A DNA stretch of 45,824 bases from Proteromonas lacertae (GCA_002245135.1 NGBS01000639.1:1-45824), one strand, 5' to 3'; shown: positions 1-13,557, counted from the stretch's first letter. Numbers and translations are program-made. The notes: generated from the letters alone by a model not told the origin.

Positions 1-1300
1 TCGCCATATCATGCTCAAGTATGTTTAATAAAAGAAAAATTAATTACAAAATATCCAAAGATCGAAGTAAACAGTGTAGATGGTTTTCAAGGTAGAGAAA
101 AAGAGATAATAATCTTAAGTTTAGTTCGAAGTAATGATGTAGGTGAGATAGGATTTTTGAAAGAATTTCGTAGAATAAATGTAGCAATAACTCGAGCCAA
201 ACGTCATATTTGTGTAATAGGTAATAAGAATACAGTTGGTAGAAATAAATTCATCAATAATTTGATTGAATATGTTGATAAGAATGGATTAGTTTATAAT
301 GGGAATGATTTTATACATAGTGATGATTTTGAGATGATAGAAATTGATAATTATAAGAGTAATAATACAAAACCATCAACAATAACAACTAAACCAAAAG
401 ATAATAATTATAATGTTAAAAGAGATAGTAAAAAGAATAGTAATAATAATAATAATAGTGTCAAAAAAGAGATTAAATCAAATGAAAGAGTGGTAAATGA
501 GTAAAATGATGAAAGTAGATAATGAAATAGTTAAAGATAAAGAAATAGAGATAGAAAATACGAAAGAATATAAACAATATTATAACATAATATCTGCATT
601 TATAAAAACTCAAAAAGAATTAGAAAATAGTGGTGAAAGTATTGATATAGATAATACTAATTCGAATGTAATATTTTGTTTTCCAAAATCTCTAAGCAAT
701 TATGAAAGACTGTTAATTCATAAAATAAGTGAAAAATTGAAAATCGAAAGTGTGAGTCAAGGTGAAGGAAAGATCGATATATCAGTATAATCTATCATAA
801 ATCTAAAAAAAAAGAAAGAAAATAAGAATGAAAAACAACAATCTCCTCCACCTACACTCCATCATTAGAAACATCAATTGAACAACCTCCACCTCCATCA
901 TTACCAAATAATAAAAACATAAAAACAAAAACCAATGAAAAGAAGAAGAAGAAAGTAATAAAAGAAAGTGAAGAAGATAATTTTGATGAAATTATTAAAG
1001 ATGCTCAAATTGGAGTTTCAAAATGTGGAGTAAGTGGATGTAAAGCTAAGAATGTAATATTATTAGGAGGTAATTGTCGATATTGTAAATTACGATATTG
1101 TTTTAGTCATATGCAACCTGAAGTTCATGGATGTGGAAGTGGTAAGAAAATGTGCAAGAGAAGAATTTCTAGAGAATAGCAAAAGTAAGCCAAAGAAGTA
1201 TAATGATTATCAACACAATGCAATAAAGAACCAATTTAATAAAAAGTTGAATGATAAATTGAAAGAACGAACAAAGAAGAAGAAAGAAACTAAAAATTAA
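1..1300 (+). CDS. IGHMBP2: IGHMBP2/SMUBP-2-like SF1 helicase, C-terminal part (helicase C-lobe + R3H + AN1 zinc finger); 5'-truncated, about 5 frameshifts
   Basis: Frame 1 from base 1 reads SPYHAQV...VNSVDGFQGREKEIIILSLVRSN...GFLKEFRRINVAITRAKRH (UPF1-like motifs V/VI). Then R3H (FPKSLSNYERLLIHKISEKL...SQGEG) and AN1 finger (CGVSGC...CRYCKLRYCFSHMQPEVHGCG); TAA at 1298-1300. Frame breaks near 500, 770, 810, 855 and 1145. Confidence 0.85.
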
Positions 1301-1349
1301 AAAATGTTTAAAATTATATTCGTTTCATAATTTTTATATTTTAAAATTG

Positions 1350-2038
1350 ATGAGTAATTTGAAAGATAAAGATGTATTGAATTTGATTACAAGTCTATCT
1401 AAAAAATCTTCAATATTATGTGAAAAGATAGAAGGTAGAGAATCTTCAAAAGAGTATTTGTTTAGTTAGTATATTATAGACATAAATCACATGATAATTC
1501 TTATCATCACCATCATCATTCTCATCATAGACATTCGCATTCTCACTCACATTCACATACTCACAAAAATCGTTCTTCTTCCTCTTCAAGTAGAAGTAGA
1601 AGTAGAAGTCGAAATAACAGAGATAGAAATGAATTATATAATCGGTTAGTTCCAAAGAAGAGAGTAGTATCTAACATTTTGAAAGGAGTAAATAGAACAA
1701 ACGAGAGAGTGAGTATAAATCAAGAGAAAGGTTCCAAAGAGAAGTTGCTAAAATTAGAAGAGAGTTTATTAAAAGAGAAGAATAATGAAATAAAACTATC
1801 ATAGTATAATAATATGAAATAATGAATATAGTGATAATAATGGTGAAGTAATAAAGAAGAATATGCATATAAATGTAGTGAAGCAGGTTGTAATGAAGTA
1901 TTTATACTCAGTACAGAGTTAAGTGATCATTTAAAGAAAGTACATAATAAGGAAATACATCCTTGGAGTAGAATAGGTAAAGTGATAATCAATACAGAAG
2001 AAGATGATAGAGATGAAAGAAATGAAGAAGAAGATTAA
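1350..2038 (+). CDS. His-rich/SR-rich protein with C-terminal C2H2 zinc finger (not in ORF track; spliced and/or frameshifted)
   Basis: ATG 1350 MSNLKDKD..., intron gtatttg...tatag, then HHHHHSHHRHSHSHSHSHTH and SSSRSRSRSR. Last segment YKCSEAGCNEVFILSTELSDHLKKVH (C-x4-C-x12-H-x4-H); TAA 2036-2038. Middle junctions unresolved. Confidence 0.6.
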
Positions 2039-2048
2039 ATTATGTATT

Positions 2049-2056
2049 TGTTTGTT
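2049..2056 (+). promoter_or_regulatory. TGTTTGTT motif just 3' of a stop codon; candidate Blastocystis-type polyadenylation element
   Basis: Exact TGTTTGTT 10 nt after TAA 2038. This octamer is the known downstream polyadenylation motif of Blastocystis. Only one exact instance was noticed next to a gene end. Confidence 0.35.
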
Positions 2057-2112
2057 AATGTTTGTAAGTATTTTTTATATTCATAATCTCAACAAAGTAA
2101 TATTAGTTAAAT

Positions 2113-3606
2113 TTAGCAATAATGACAGAATGATATTATATTTATGATAATCAACAACAATATGAAGCTTATTATACAAAATGATAATCCATTGTTTGTT
2201 TGTATATCTTTCAAAATCTCTTCATTTTTCATTGGTTTTAATTCTTCTCCTTCATTTTCTTTATCATCATCAACATCAATGTCATAAATACTATTTATGT
2301 ATTTCTTTAATAATTCTTTCGATTGTTTAGAATAATAACAACTATAGTTTAATAATTTGAAAAGAATTTCTTTTCCACAAATATCTTCTATTGTAGATAT
2401 GTGTTTTATATCATCAACAAACAAACATAAACATTTTATTATTCGATCAGTTTCTATACTATTGTATTCATTTATTAATTGAAGAAATATATTTCTTTTC
2501 AATTTTCTAGATACTATAACAATTTAATTATATAGACTTATTAATACTTTTAAAACCAATTCCACTTTCTATTACTATTAATAATCCAATTTCTTTCATT
2601 TTTATATCTTCATTATTCAATAACATTGAAATTGTTTTCTCATTCTTCAACACTCTCAAATCTTCTTCTTCAATTCTTTCTTCTTCATTGTTATAATATT
2701 TCAAAACTGTTTCTTCTATTCTTTCATCATTTATTTCTTTACAATTCAGTCTCTTATGATTTACTTTATTCTTCATTCCTAATAAATATTCATTCATTTC
2801 CATCATTTTCAATTCATTTAATACACTTGGTTCTATTTCTTCCATGTTTAGATTCTCAAAGTGAATTGATTTTAACAAGAGTATTTTGAATTCTTTATTC
2901 AATTCTTTCTTATCTTCTTCTTCTTTTATTTTCTTCTCTTCATTTTTATACCATTTCATTAATCTAGATAATAACCAATTCTCATCTTTAATAATCAGTT
3001 TTTCACTTTCTAATATTGTCTCTAAACTTTCTATCTTTAATTTATACAACAATCTTTCTATTCAATAATAATATCAATATAATTCATACCATTATTCAAA
3101 TATCTATATCCATTTTCTTTTATATGTTTTTCACTTATCTTTATTAATTCTCCAATCTCTTCTTTATTATATAAATCAGTTAATTTCATTATTTTCAATA
3201 TCATCTCATCATTCAAATGATTCTTTATGTATTTTATACAATACATCAGTATTTCATTGTCATTGTAATAAATACTCATTAATAAGATGTTTATCACATT
3301 TTCATTATGTATTTCTATACAACCACCACTGTAATACTTCTCCATCTCTATAAATCCTTCTACACTACTTCCTTCACACAAAATTAACTCACCTTCAAAT
3401 TTTTCATCTTCTAATAACTTTCTAAATGTTTCATTTCCATTAATCAATATGAACTTCATACTATACACTGTTTCTTTGCTAATTACAACTTTCAAATCAC
3501 TCAAGCCTTTTGAAATCATCTCTTGACATAATCTAAATACCGAGTAGTAATAAATTTTATATAAATTATACCCAATATCACAAATAGAACTCTTTATTAC
3601 CTTCAT
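2113..3606 (-). CDS. BTB/POZ-BACK family protein, apparently truncated before the Ig-SPRY region
   Basis: ATG 3606 MKVIKSSICDIG/intron/LCQEMISKGLSDLKV...ILINGNETFRKLL...MEKYYSGGCIEI (BTB-like), then SEKLIIKDENWLLSRLMKWY (BACK-like). CLCLFVDD...ICGKEILF is shared with paralogs at 6979 and 35648. Three short introns join ORFs 3058, 2528 and 2113. Confidence 0.7.
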
Positions 3607-4172
3607 CTGCAAATTGAAAATTGAATGTCAATTTATGTCAATTACATAAAATTTACTTAGTTGTTTTTATTTGTAATGATTATCTTATTTTATATATCTT
3701 GATTTATGTAATACATATGAAGGTGATATTTTAAGGGGGTTTCATACTCATCATATCGAGAGGTCATGCAAAATTAGAAATTATTAGAATTTCAAAAATA
3801 TATGCGTTACATATTTACAAACAATAATTCAAGCCTAATTTATTCATTTCATTTATTTTGTTTGTTATGAATTGAATAAAGCAATTCACGATGATAATAC
3901 ATTGTTATAGTTAGACAATAAAGCAATAGATCATTCTAACAATCTAAATATGCTGTTTATATATTGAATGGAATTTATAAATTTAAACAAGCAATTATTT
4001 AAGAATGACTACTAAAAATCTCTTCAATTCTGCAATCCTTACTAAAAAAGAGAAAAATCAAAATAGAATATCAAGTCAAGTAGTTTGATTCCTCAAAAAA
4101 TTTTGAGCTTAGATTATTATTTTTTAGAGATATATATCAGTATTTGAAGTGTTAGTTGAGCCGAAAATCTAA

Positions 4173-5477
4173 ATGCTTGTATTAATTATAAATGTATGCC
4201 AATTACTTTTAGGTATTTAGGTTATAGTGTCAATAATATCTCTTTCAGTAATTTGTAGTTCATATGCAAAAATAATATTAAGAAAATTTTGTGATCTATC
4301 TAAACTAGAAACATTGACTCACGAAAATATAATAAATGTTGATGTTAATAAGTGTGATGATAAATTAACTTTATCTGAAAAACTGAAGAAAGGAGAAATA
4401 TTTTCAATTGCTGTATATATTTATTATAATGTAATGTTTGTATAGGATATAGTTATTTTAGCAAAAGGGTTAGTAGCTGGATTAAGATATCTTCATAACA
4501 AAGGAATAATTCATGGATGTTTAAATCCTGAAAACATAATAGTATATGATGAAAAGACATTAAAAATAAAGATTTCCAAAGAAATAATATGTAATAAAAA
4601 TGAAAAGAATTATTTAGCTCCAGAGTTAGATAGTTATGGAAGAAGCTATGAAGGTGATATTTATGCTTTAGGATGTATATTATACAAAATATATACTAAA
4701 GAAGAATCATTTGATAATGTAAAAGAAATAGAAAAAAGAAAGAAAATAAATAATTATTATAAAGAAATATTTGAAATAGATAATTTAGATAGAAATAAAG
4801 GTATAGAACATTTAATTTGTACAATGTTGGATGATAATTTTAAGAGAAGATATGATATGGATATTATAGTAGATATTATTACAACCACTGAAATATATAT
4901 AAAAAAGTCATGTTTTCGAGTTCGAAACGCATTCAATTCTAAAACAGCTTCAATATATCATGTAGGTGGGGTTGATCCACATTGGATATTTATTACTTAT
5001 GTTGACGTCCCTGCTCATCCTGAAGTTAAATCATTATGTTATGGATATGAAGATAAAGATAATAAGTTAGTGTCAGTGAATATAAAGCCAAAAATTTTGA
5101 ATTGTAGATATATGATAAGGGTAAAAGATGTTAATGTAGAAAGTAAATATATTCAAGATTATGGAGAAGGAGATTGGTGGTGGGATAAGAAAGAAGGATA
5201 TAGATATGTTTCTGTTTATCAAAGAGATGGATATACATCAAGTTTTGTATTTAGAATATGTGTTCCAATTAGAAATGAATATAAAAATATAATTAAGATT
5301 CTGTATTACTCTCGCAAGAGTGAAGAAAGCCAATTGTTATCTATAAATTTAGATCCAGATTTATACTCTAAATATAAAAATTTTAAAGATCAAAATTTAG
5401 ATACTCTAAAGAATGTTGATGAAAATTATTATAATACAATCAGTGAATATGGTTGGTGGTTAAAATTTAAACAATAA
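4173..5477 (+). CDS. Protein kinase-fold protein (probable pseudokinase) with unknown C-terminal domain; start uncertain
   Basis: After an intron at ~4413-4445: GLRYLHNKGIIHGCLNPENII...NYLAPEL...EGDIYALGCILY...RR, continuous into ORF 4824-5477. Catalytic HRD is HGC and no DFG is present. Confidence 0.65.
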
Positions 5478-5659
5478 TGGTTAAACAGTTTCATTTAAAT
5501 AATCTGTTATTTCTGTTTATGTTTTATCACCAAACAAAAATAAAAATAAATACAAAAACTATTTCTTTTAATCCTTCATTGATTATCTGTATAGCAATGA
5601 TTTTAACCTGTAAAAAAGAAATGGAGGTGATTTCTTTATTGGCAAGAGAGTATCAATTG

Positions 5660-6079
5660 CAGTTCACTATCACAGTTATCATTTAATGTTTTTATTAATG
5701 TTTTCTCACATAAATCATACATTAAAATTGATCCTTTCATTGCTTGAAAATACATTGATATACCACACCATTCAAGATACTTTATATCATTTGTAAGTTT
5801 ATTCAACAATATGCAATGACTTTGGAGTTTTCGATAATCTTTCATAAATAAAAACACATCACAAAATTGTATTTGAATATTTACTAGACTATCACTATTC
5901 ACAATAGAATTCAATGCTTCTAGTTCTAGCTCATAATGGTTTTTGTTACGCAGTATTGGCTTTATAATGCTGTGTATACTAGAATATACAATTAGTTGTT
6001 GCACTAACTTTAATACATCTTCTCTTTCACCATTACGAAATAATGCATAAGTTTTCAACGCCTAGATTTAAATATACTA
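5660..6079 (-). pseudogene. Partial duplicate of the NAA25 5' region
   Basis: Near-identical to 24893-25356 (KTYALFRNGERED...YLEWCGISMYFQAMKG). It lacks the start exon and 3' part and has a ~46-nt internal deletion. Confidence 0.85.
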
Positions 6080-6511
6080 CAACAGCTCTTTCATACTAAT
6101 TTCCTCATATTTATATAAAATTCATGCATTTAATTTATTTATATCACAATCACTGTTATTTATCTTTCATTCATCTTTTAAATCAAGAAAATTCTTTTCT
6201 ATTTTGACAATGTCATTTACATGTATCATTTACATTTTCATTCTTTTCAAACTCATTTCATCATTATTTCTAATTCAAATACATTTTTAATATAATCACA
6301 TTTATATCTACATATTAATAGGTAATATAAGAAAATTGATGATTGTTTAGCAAATGTTGCAATTTGTGTATAAATGTAATTATAAAAATGCTGAATCTTA
6401 GTGAAAAAACTATAATTGAATAATAAATCACAGTATTAGATGATAGAAATGAAATACAAAATAATACATACAAATACATAGTAATACTGTATTTTAATTT
6501 GATTAAAAGAA

Positions 6512-8025
6512 ATGAATGAAATGAAAGAGGATATAAAGCAGAAACAACCGAATTTGGATGTATTTAATATATTGTATATGTAATGAAAATAGATAACAAA
6601 AGAAGTGACATTGATCAAATGTAAGAGCATTTATGAAAGGGAATTGAATGAAATGAAAATAGAATTAAAGAAAAATGAATGTAACAATCATATAGAATTA
6701 TATTTAATAAAAGATGAGAGAATTCAAAATGTAATAATCAACAAATACAATGAAGATAATAAAGAAGAAGACTTTAATGAAGAAGAAAGAGGAATATTGG
6801 ATAAAATGGAAGAAGAAGAATTGAATGATGAAATAATGTGTATACTAGAAATGAATAATATAAAAATGATGGAAATAGTATTGATGATAATTAAATATAA
6901 AAATATGAAAATTGAAAGTATAAATACTAAAAATATAATTAAATAGAATATATCTCAAATATCGAAAAGAGAAGTATATTGGAAAGATTATGTATGGAAT
7001 ATAATGAGAATAAAAGAAATCGAACAATGAGATGTTTATGTTTATTTGTTGATGATAAAGAGAATATTTCAATAATAGAAGAAATATGTGGAAAAGAAAT
7101 TCTTTTTAGAATATTGAATGAAGAATCTTACTTAGACTCTGATGGCAAAGACAGTTTAATTGATTATATCCAAAACAAGAGATTGAATTTCGAAGAAGAA
7201 GAAGAAATGATTGTAATAATGAAAGATAAAGAATTATTGGAAGAATTAAAAACAAAAGAAATCACATCATTTTCATATCCTCAATCAGAATATTTATTTA
7301 TATCAGATGAAGAAATGTCAATAATTCCTTCATTTGATGGAAATCGATGTGACTTTTCAATCAATCCTTCCTTACCTGATGGTTTAATGATAGATAAAGA
7401 AAATGGAATAATTCATGGAAAAATGAATAAAGAAATCGAAAAGAGAGAATATGAAATAAGTTGTAAGAATATTGTAAATGAAAAGAAATTCAAAATATCA
7501 TTAGAATTTGTTGATATAACATTCACAGAATTAAACAAAAGTGATGGAATATCAATATCAAATAATGGACAAATAATAAGTAATACAAATGGTTTTTATA
7601 ATCATTGTTATTTGAATTTGAAAATGGAAAATGGAGTTTATCATGTCAAATATAAATTTAATCAAAATGGAAGTTATTATGATATCATGATGTTAGGATT
7701 ATCAACTAATAATACATATTCTGGTTATGATATTGATGAACAATCAACAACATGTAATTATTTGGAATCTGGTGGTAAAAGTCAAGATATTACTGATTAT
7801 TGTCATATTGGAAGAGTTGTAAATAAAAATCCAAATTTCAGTAATCATGGAAATGGTTCAATTTATGAAGTGATTGTTGATATGAATAAAAGAGAATTTT
7901 GGATAAGTCATAATGATTCATCTCCTGTTTTACTTGTTAAAGATTTACCTTCTCCGTTATATTCATTTGCTGAATTAGCATGGGAAGAGGCATCAATAGA
8001 ATTATTGTCAGTTTCTCATGAATAA
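6512..8025 (+). CDS. Chimeric gene: pseudokinase-LRR family N-terminus fused to helical + Ig-like (He_PIG-type) + SPRY/B30.2-like domains
   Basis: MNEMKEDIKQKQPNLD/intron/ITKEVTLIKCKSIYE matches the gene starts at 17049 and 26289. From 6650 it matches 35319 onward. Ig: FSINPSLPDGLMIDKENGIIHGK...YEISCKN. SPRY-like: ISISNNGQII...YHVKYKF...MLGLS...GSIYEVIVDMNKREFWI...LPSPLYSFAEL. Confidence 0.75.
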
Positions 8026-8889
8026 AGTTAGATATTATGAAGACTAGTAATATTTACATTCTTTATTATGTATTGCTGTTTTATTTACTGAAAAATGTAT
8101 AAAAATAGCTCGAATTACGTTATTCAAGGCTTGATTCTCATTTTATAAAAATCAAAATAAAAAGTGATGTAATTATTTATTTTGTATAATTGACCTATGT
8201 TAGTGATCATGAGTGGTGTTGCTAAGAGTATAGTGATATGACAGTGTTATTAAGTGTTGATATAGTTTATGCTCTACATTAAGTGTTTGTAGTAGATCCA
8301 ACTACTTGTACAATCGTATATAAATTAGTTCAAACAAGTCAACAAGTTATTTTTCATAATGATAAATTTTTATTAGTAGAAGATTTAGCTTCAACTCTCT
8401 GTACTATTTTCTGCAAAACTTTATCGTTCTTATGTAATGCCGAGATATAAAAATGAATCAATTTAATTAATTTCAGTTTATCATGAAAATTAAAAAACAT
8501 ATTATCTTTATATACTATTTTTCTTATTATAGCTCAATTTCAAATAGAAACTGAATGAAACAACATTTTAGTTTTAGGTGTATAAAAATTATAGATGAGA
8601 AATTAAAATTGTTATATTTCACAGAGATTATAAAAAAAAACTAAAAAGTATTTCAATAAAGAATGGTGTTTTGTATTAGTATAGTTTGTTTATATAATTG
8701 ATAAAATATGGCTAATTAGTAAGAAATACATCCTATATAACATAAATGTTTAAGTATATTGTGGCTGTAGAAATGTATTTTCCAGCAAGAGGAACAAATA
8801 TTATCAATGACTGTAATTCTTTGAGATAATGTATATCAATATCTTCTTTCATTTACCATACAAAATAAATGATTATGATAGTATAGAAG

Positions 8890-10550
8890 TTAATTTAACA
8901 CACAATTACCCAAATGTGATTTAATTTTAATGATGTTTATCTGAGGTTCATCACTTTTTCTTTTGATAATAAGGTGAAAATCTTCTGATTTTTTACCATG
9001 AATATTTTGGACAGTTATTTTGTAGTTTTTATTACAACATTCATTGGCTATTCCGCTTATTATTCCAGTGTTTTGATCAAGCAACAATCCAGATGGAAGT
9101 TCTAATAAGCAATATATAGAAAAGTTATTATACCAGGTTCAATTGTAACATTCTCAACATCAACAATGTTATCAATTACTGGTTTTAATTCAACATTATC
9201 TCCAACAAAATAATCACATTCATATTCTTTTTTATAAGAATAATAATAACCATATGATGATGACATTTTTTTACTTATATTTTCATTTTCAGAGTATGAA
9301 ATAGATTTCAATTCATGATCTATGATGAATAAATATATATATATATATATAATATTCATACATTTTATCTCTTTCTTTTTATCTTCATCTTGAATTATTG
9401 AATCTTTTTTCTTCAATAACAACTTTCTTTTTTCTTCACTGTCAGTATTTTTATAAATATAAAGTAGTTCACCAATGTAGTTTAAATAATCACTTCCATA
9501 TATTTTCCTATATAAAGCATCATGCAGTTGTAACATCAACACAATTATTCTTATATTACCTTCATTCAATAATGTCTCAATGTCAGATGAAATTTCTTCC
9601 TTTCCTAAAGTAATCAAATGAGATTCTATTAATAATAATAATAAATAATAATAATATCAATACTTTTAAAGTCAATTATCTGAACATCTTCTTCAGGGTA
9701 ATAATGTATTAAAAAATCAAAAAAATATTCATTCTCTATTTCAGGTATTGTATAGTATCGAATAACATATTTCTCATTCTCATTTTCATTAGGAGAAATA
9801 TCTAAATCTGATAATACTTTTTTATCTTCTTCATTTAACTCACTCAATTCTTTCAAATTAAAACTACATTTTTCTATTAATCTTTTCATCATTTCTTTCT
9901 CATTTAAATTATGAATACTACATCTATAATAATCACTCAATATTCTCAATAATTCAAGTTCATTTCCGTTAAATTTAATTCCAAATGAAAATAAATATGC
10001 AATATTATCAATAGATAAGTGATTTAATAACTCATTCTTCATTAATTTGTAATTTTCATTTTTTAAGAAATATTCTAACTCATCTTTCAATTCCTTCAAA
10101 TTTTCACTTCTTAATATCTCTTTCTTTCTCAATAAATCAACAATAATATTCCCATTTAAATGATTTATTACATAATCACTTATTCTCTTCATTATGCTAC
10201 TTTCGTTGTAACATACACAGATAGCTAAGAGATCTACACAATTTTTCTCAGTTATCTCAATTTCTATACCTTGATAATATTTTTCTAACAGGAAAAAACT
10301 TTCTTTACTACACTCATCACATAATTTCAATGGTTCTTCAAAGAGAGGATCATCTAACACTTTTCTGAAGGTTTCGTTATTTATGTATAAAATAGATTTG
10401 AATGTTCGTATTTCTTCATTTTCTACTAACACTCTCAAATCACCAAAGCCATATTTTACAGCTTCTCGAATAAATCTAAACCATATTATAATTACAGCCG
10501 ATATGTATAATATACCCTTCACTTCTATATACCTCACTTCTTATTATCAT
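8890..10550 (-). CDS. BTB/BACK + Ig-like (He_PIG-type) family protein
   Basis: ATG 10550 MIIRSEVYRSEG/intron/FIREAVKYGFGDLRV...ILYINNETFRKVL...LEKYYQGIEIEI. Later TIEP/intron/ELPSGLLLDQNTGIISG...YKITVQNIHG (He_PIG-like). 3' end uncertain. Confidence 0.7.
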
Positions 10551-11028
10551 TGAAAACAGGCAAGAAAAGAAATAACAAATGAAAATGTAATTAAATGTCA
10601 ATATGACCAAATTACACATGATATTTACATCTTTATAGTTTGTTATACTCTTTTAAATTGTATGGTGAAGAATAGATAAAATGGAAACTATTTATTATAC
10701 GATATCAATTTGATGAAAACATTATTTATATGTGATTTTGAAAATGATCTTTTTTCTATCTTTATCTAACCATTCTGTTATTACTACATCCAGATTTGCT
10801 TTACTTCATCACCACTAATAAATAATGTTTAAACATAATTTCATTTTCAGTAACTTAATTGAGAGTGGTAATGTTTTAAATATTAGCGACTTAATATATA
10901 TGTTAATAAATATGTTGAATTTTAAATTTTAAAATATAATATTTCTTTCTATTCTTTATTAAAATACTATTTATCAATATAAAAACACTCAAACAATTAA
11001 ATAATATATAATCAATTTTAATTAATTC

Positions 11029-13432
11029 TTACCAACAACAAGGACAAAATGGACAAAATGTCTCTCTTTTAGACTTTTTAAATCCTTTATTCTTTCCATT
11101 ATTATTACTAGGTGGAGGTAAACCAGCAGCATATCTTTTAACTGAACTTTCTATATCACTATTCTCAAATCCAAGATTAACTAACAAATATTCATATATC
11201 TTTATAGGAGTGCATGATTCAGAAAATAACATTTCATTATCAACATCTACTTTATATTTATCTTCAATTAAAGCACTTAACTGTGTAAGACTTAAACTAT
11301 CAACTCCTAAAGCAAGAAATGTATCATTCACATTAGAAATTGGATTTTGTAAAACATTCTTTAGATCTTTTATATATTCAACATAGATTTCATCTGAATT
11401 CATTGTACTGATATTTACTTCAGCTTGTGGATGGATTTTGGCTGAACCATTATCACAAACAGCTGTTGGATTTTCATTCACTGTATTAACTGTATTAACT
11501 GTATTAGGTGTATTATTATTATTATTCTTTGTAGAGATTAATACTTTCATTTTCTTTTCTAAATAATCTTGTTTGCATTTATTTCTAGATATTTTACCAC
11601 TTGTTGTCTTAGAAATTGTTCTTGGAGGAATTAATACAATATCATCACAACTTATCCCATGTTCTTGACTTATACTTGATAATAACTGAACAGACAATGA
11701 CTTTACATCTTTTACACCATCTTTTATTTCTGCCATTATAACTAAAGATTCTTCACCATCATCTTCAATCTATATAAATATATATATATATATATAATAT
11801 TTTATACTGAAAATGCAGCTACACATCCACCTCTTATATTTGGATTATTTTCTACTGTATGTTCTAAATCTTGAGGATAGTGATTTCTACCTCTTATAAT
11901 AATCAAATCCTTCTTTCTACCACATATAAATAACTCCTCATTATGAATAAACCCTAAATCACCTGTTCTTAAATATTCACCACTATCTTTATCATTTAAT
12001 TTAGCATGGAAATCTTCTTTGGATAATTCTTCTAAATTGTAATATCCATCTGCTTTAGATGGACTATTGATCCATATCTCACCTACTTCATCTTCGCCTA
12101 ATGATTGTAGTTGATTAATATCAACTATCTTTAGATCAATAGATGGATTTTTATTTGGTTTTCCACAACCTATTACCAATGTATAAGGAGTAGTATTATC
12201 ATCATCTTTGATTATTTCTACTTTACTTGTAGTTTCAAGAACTTGTTTATTTACTTTTAATTTCTGTTTTCCACCATCACATACATATACAACATGCTCT
12301 GCTAAACCATATCCAGGTTTCATTGCTTCAGGTTTAACTCCATATTTACCAGTTACTTCTAAAAACCGGTTTACTGCTAATTCCGTTACTGGTTCAGCTG
12401 CATTAAACATATGTTTTAATGATGATAAATCTAATTCAATATTTTGTGTTAATTTCCTTGCTGTTAATAAATAAGCGAAATTGGGAGCTTGGATATGAGT
12501 TGCATGGTATTTTGATATTAATTGTAACCATAATGGAGGATTCTTTATAAATGTAATAGGTGACATGTAATATCCTGTTCCTCCACAATACATACAACTT
12601 AAAAATGAACCAATTAATCCCATATCATGATATTGAGGAAGCCAACTAACTACGATTGTATCATCACCTGCTTCTAATGATTTAACAATAGTGTTGATAT
12701 TGTGAGCAAGGTTTTTGTGTCTAACAATAACACCTTTTGGAGCTGAAGTTGATCCGCTAGTGTACTGTAAGAATGCAATATCTTCACCAGTTGCTGAATC
12801 TAATATTATTTCATTTTTACCTATTTAAAAATTAGAATTATTCAATTATACTTTTGTCAGATATTACTGGTAATTCATTATCTGTTATTATCCACCTCAT
12901 ATCTGGCCATTTAGCACCTGATGAACTAAAGAATGATTTCAATCCACCTAATTTTTTAGCAGTAATTATAATCTGTATCAGTTAGACATACTTCAGCTTT
13001 AGAACTCTCTTGTACGGAGGAGAATAAGTACATATGATTTTTAAGCTTGGTAGGATCTGGTGGAAATACTGGAACAGGAATTACATTCGCTCTTAAACAA
13101 GCAACAAAGGCAATGAAAAAACCAGCTGATGGAGGATATACTAACATAACTGTAGATCTTTCTGGAATATTCCAACTATTGGATGTTTTAATAATAAATA
13201 GAATTAATACCCTTCTTCTGAACGAATAACATAAGCAAGATCTTTTGTCTTTTGATCAAAATCCTATTCATCAATAAACTCGGAAAATATACTGTATATG
13301 TCATTTGAACAATTTCTTCACCTTTATCGTTGAGATATGTAATTATTCTCTAATAACCAATGAATATGAATAGTATACTTTGTTTTCTTTGTTTTTCACT
13401 AGATAATTCCATCTTTCAAGAAATAGTTCCAT
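11029..13432 (-). CDS. Fatty acyl-AMP ligase (FAAL) fused to an acyl carrier (phosphopantetheine-attachment) domain
   Basis: LQYTSGSTSAPKGV, VVSWLPQYHDMGLIG, QAPNFAY, PGYGLAEH, LRTGDLGF, GRKKDLIIIRGRNHYPQDLE and KTTSGKISR are FAAL-type adenylation motifs. C-terminal LALGVDSLSLTQL is a Ppant serine motif. Protein ends FCPFCPCCW. About 5 short introns. Confidence 0.9.
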
Positions 13433-13557
13433 CGTTATTAAAATTTTAAAATCGTGTTATAACAAGCCTTATTTGCTTGAACTTTTTTGTATTTTTATGT
13501 ATTGTTATTTTCATACTAATAACAACAAAATTCAAAACTAATATATAATTAACTGAT

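Noticed and set aside
2060..2200. Polyadenylation-created stop codon for the truncated BTB gene
   Set aside because: An encoded stop exists at 2113 and no exact TGTTTGTT is suitably placed on that strand; transcript data would be needed.
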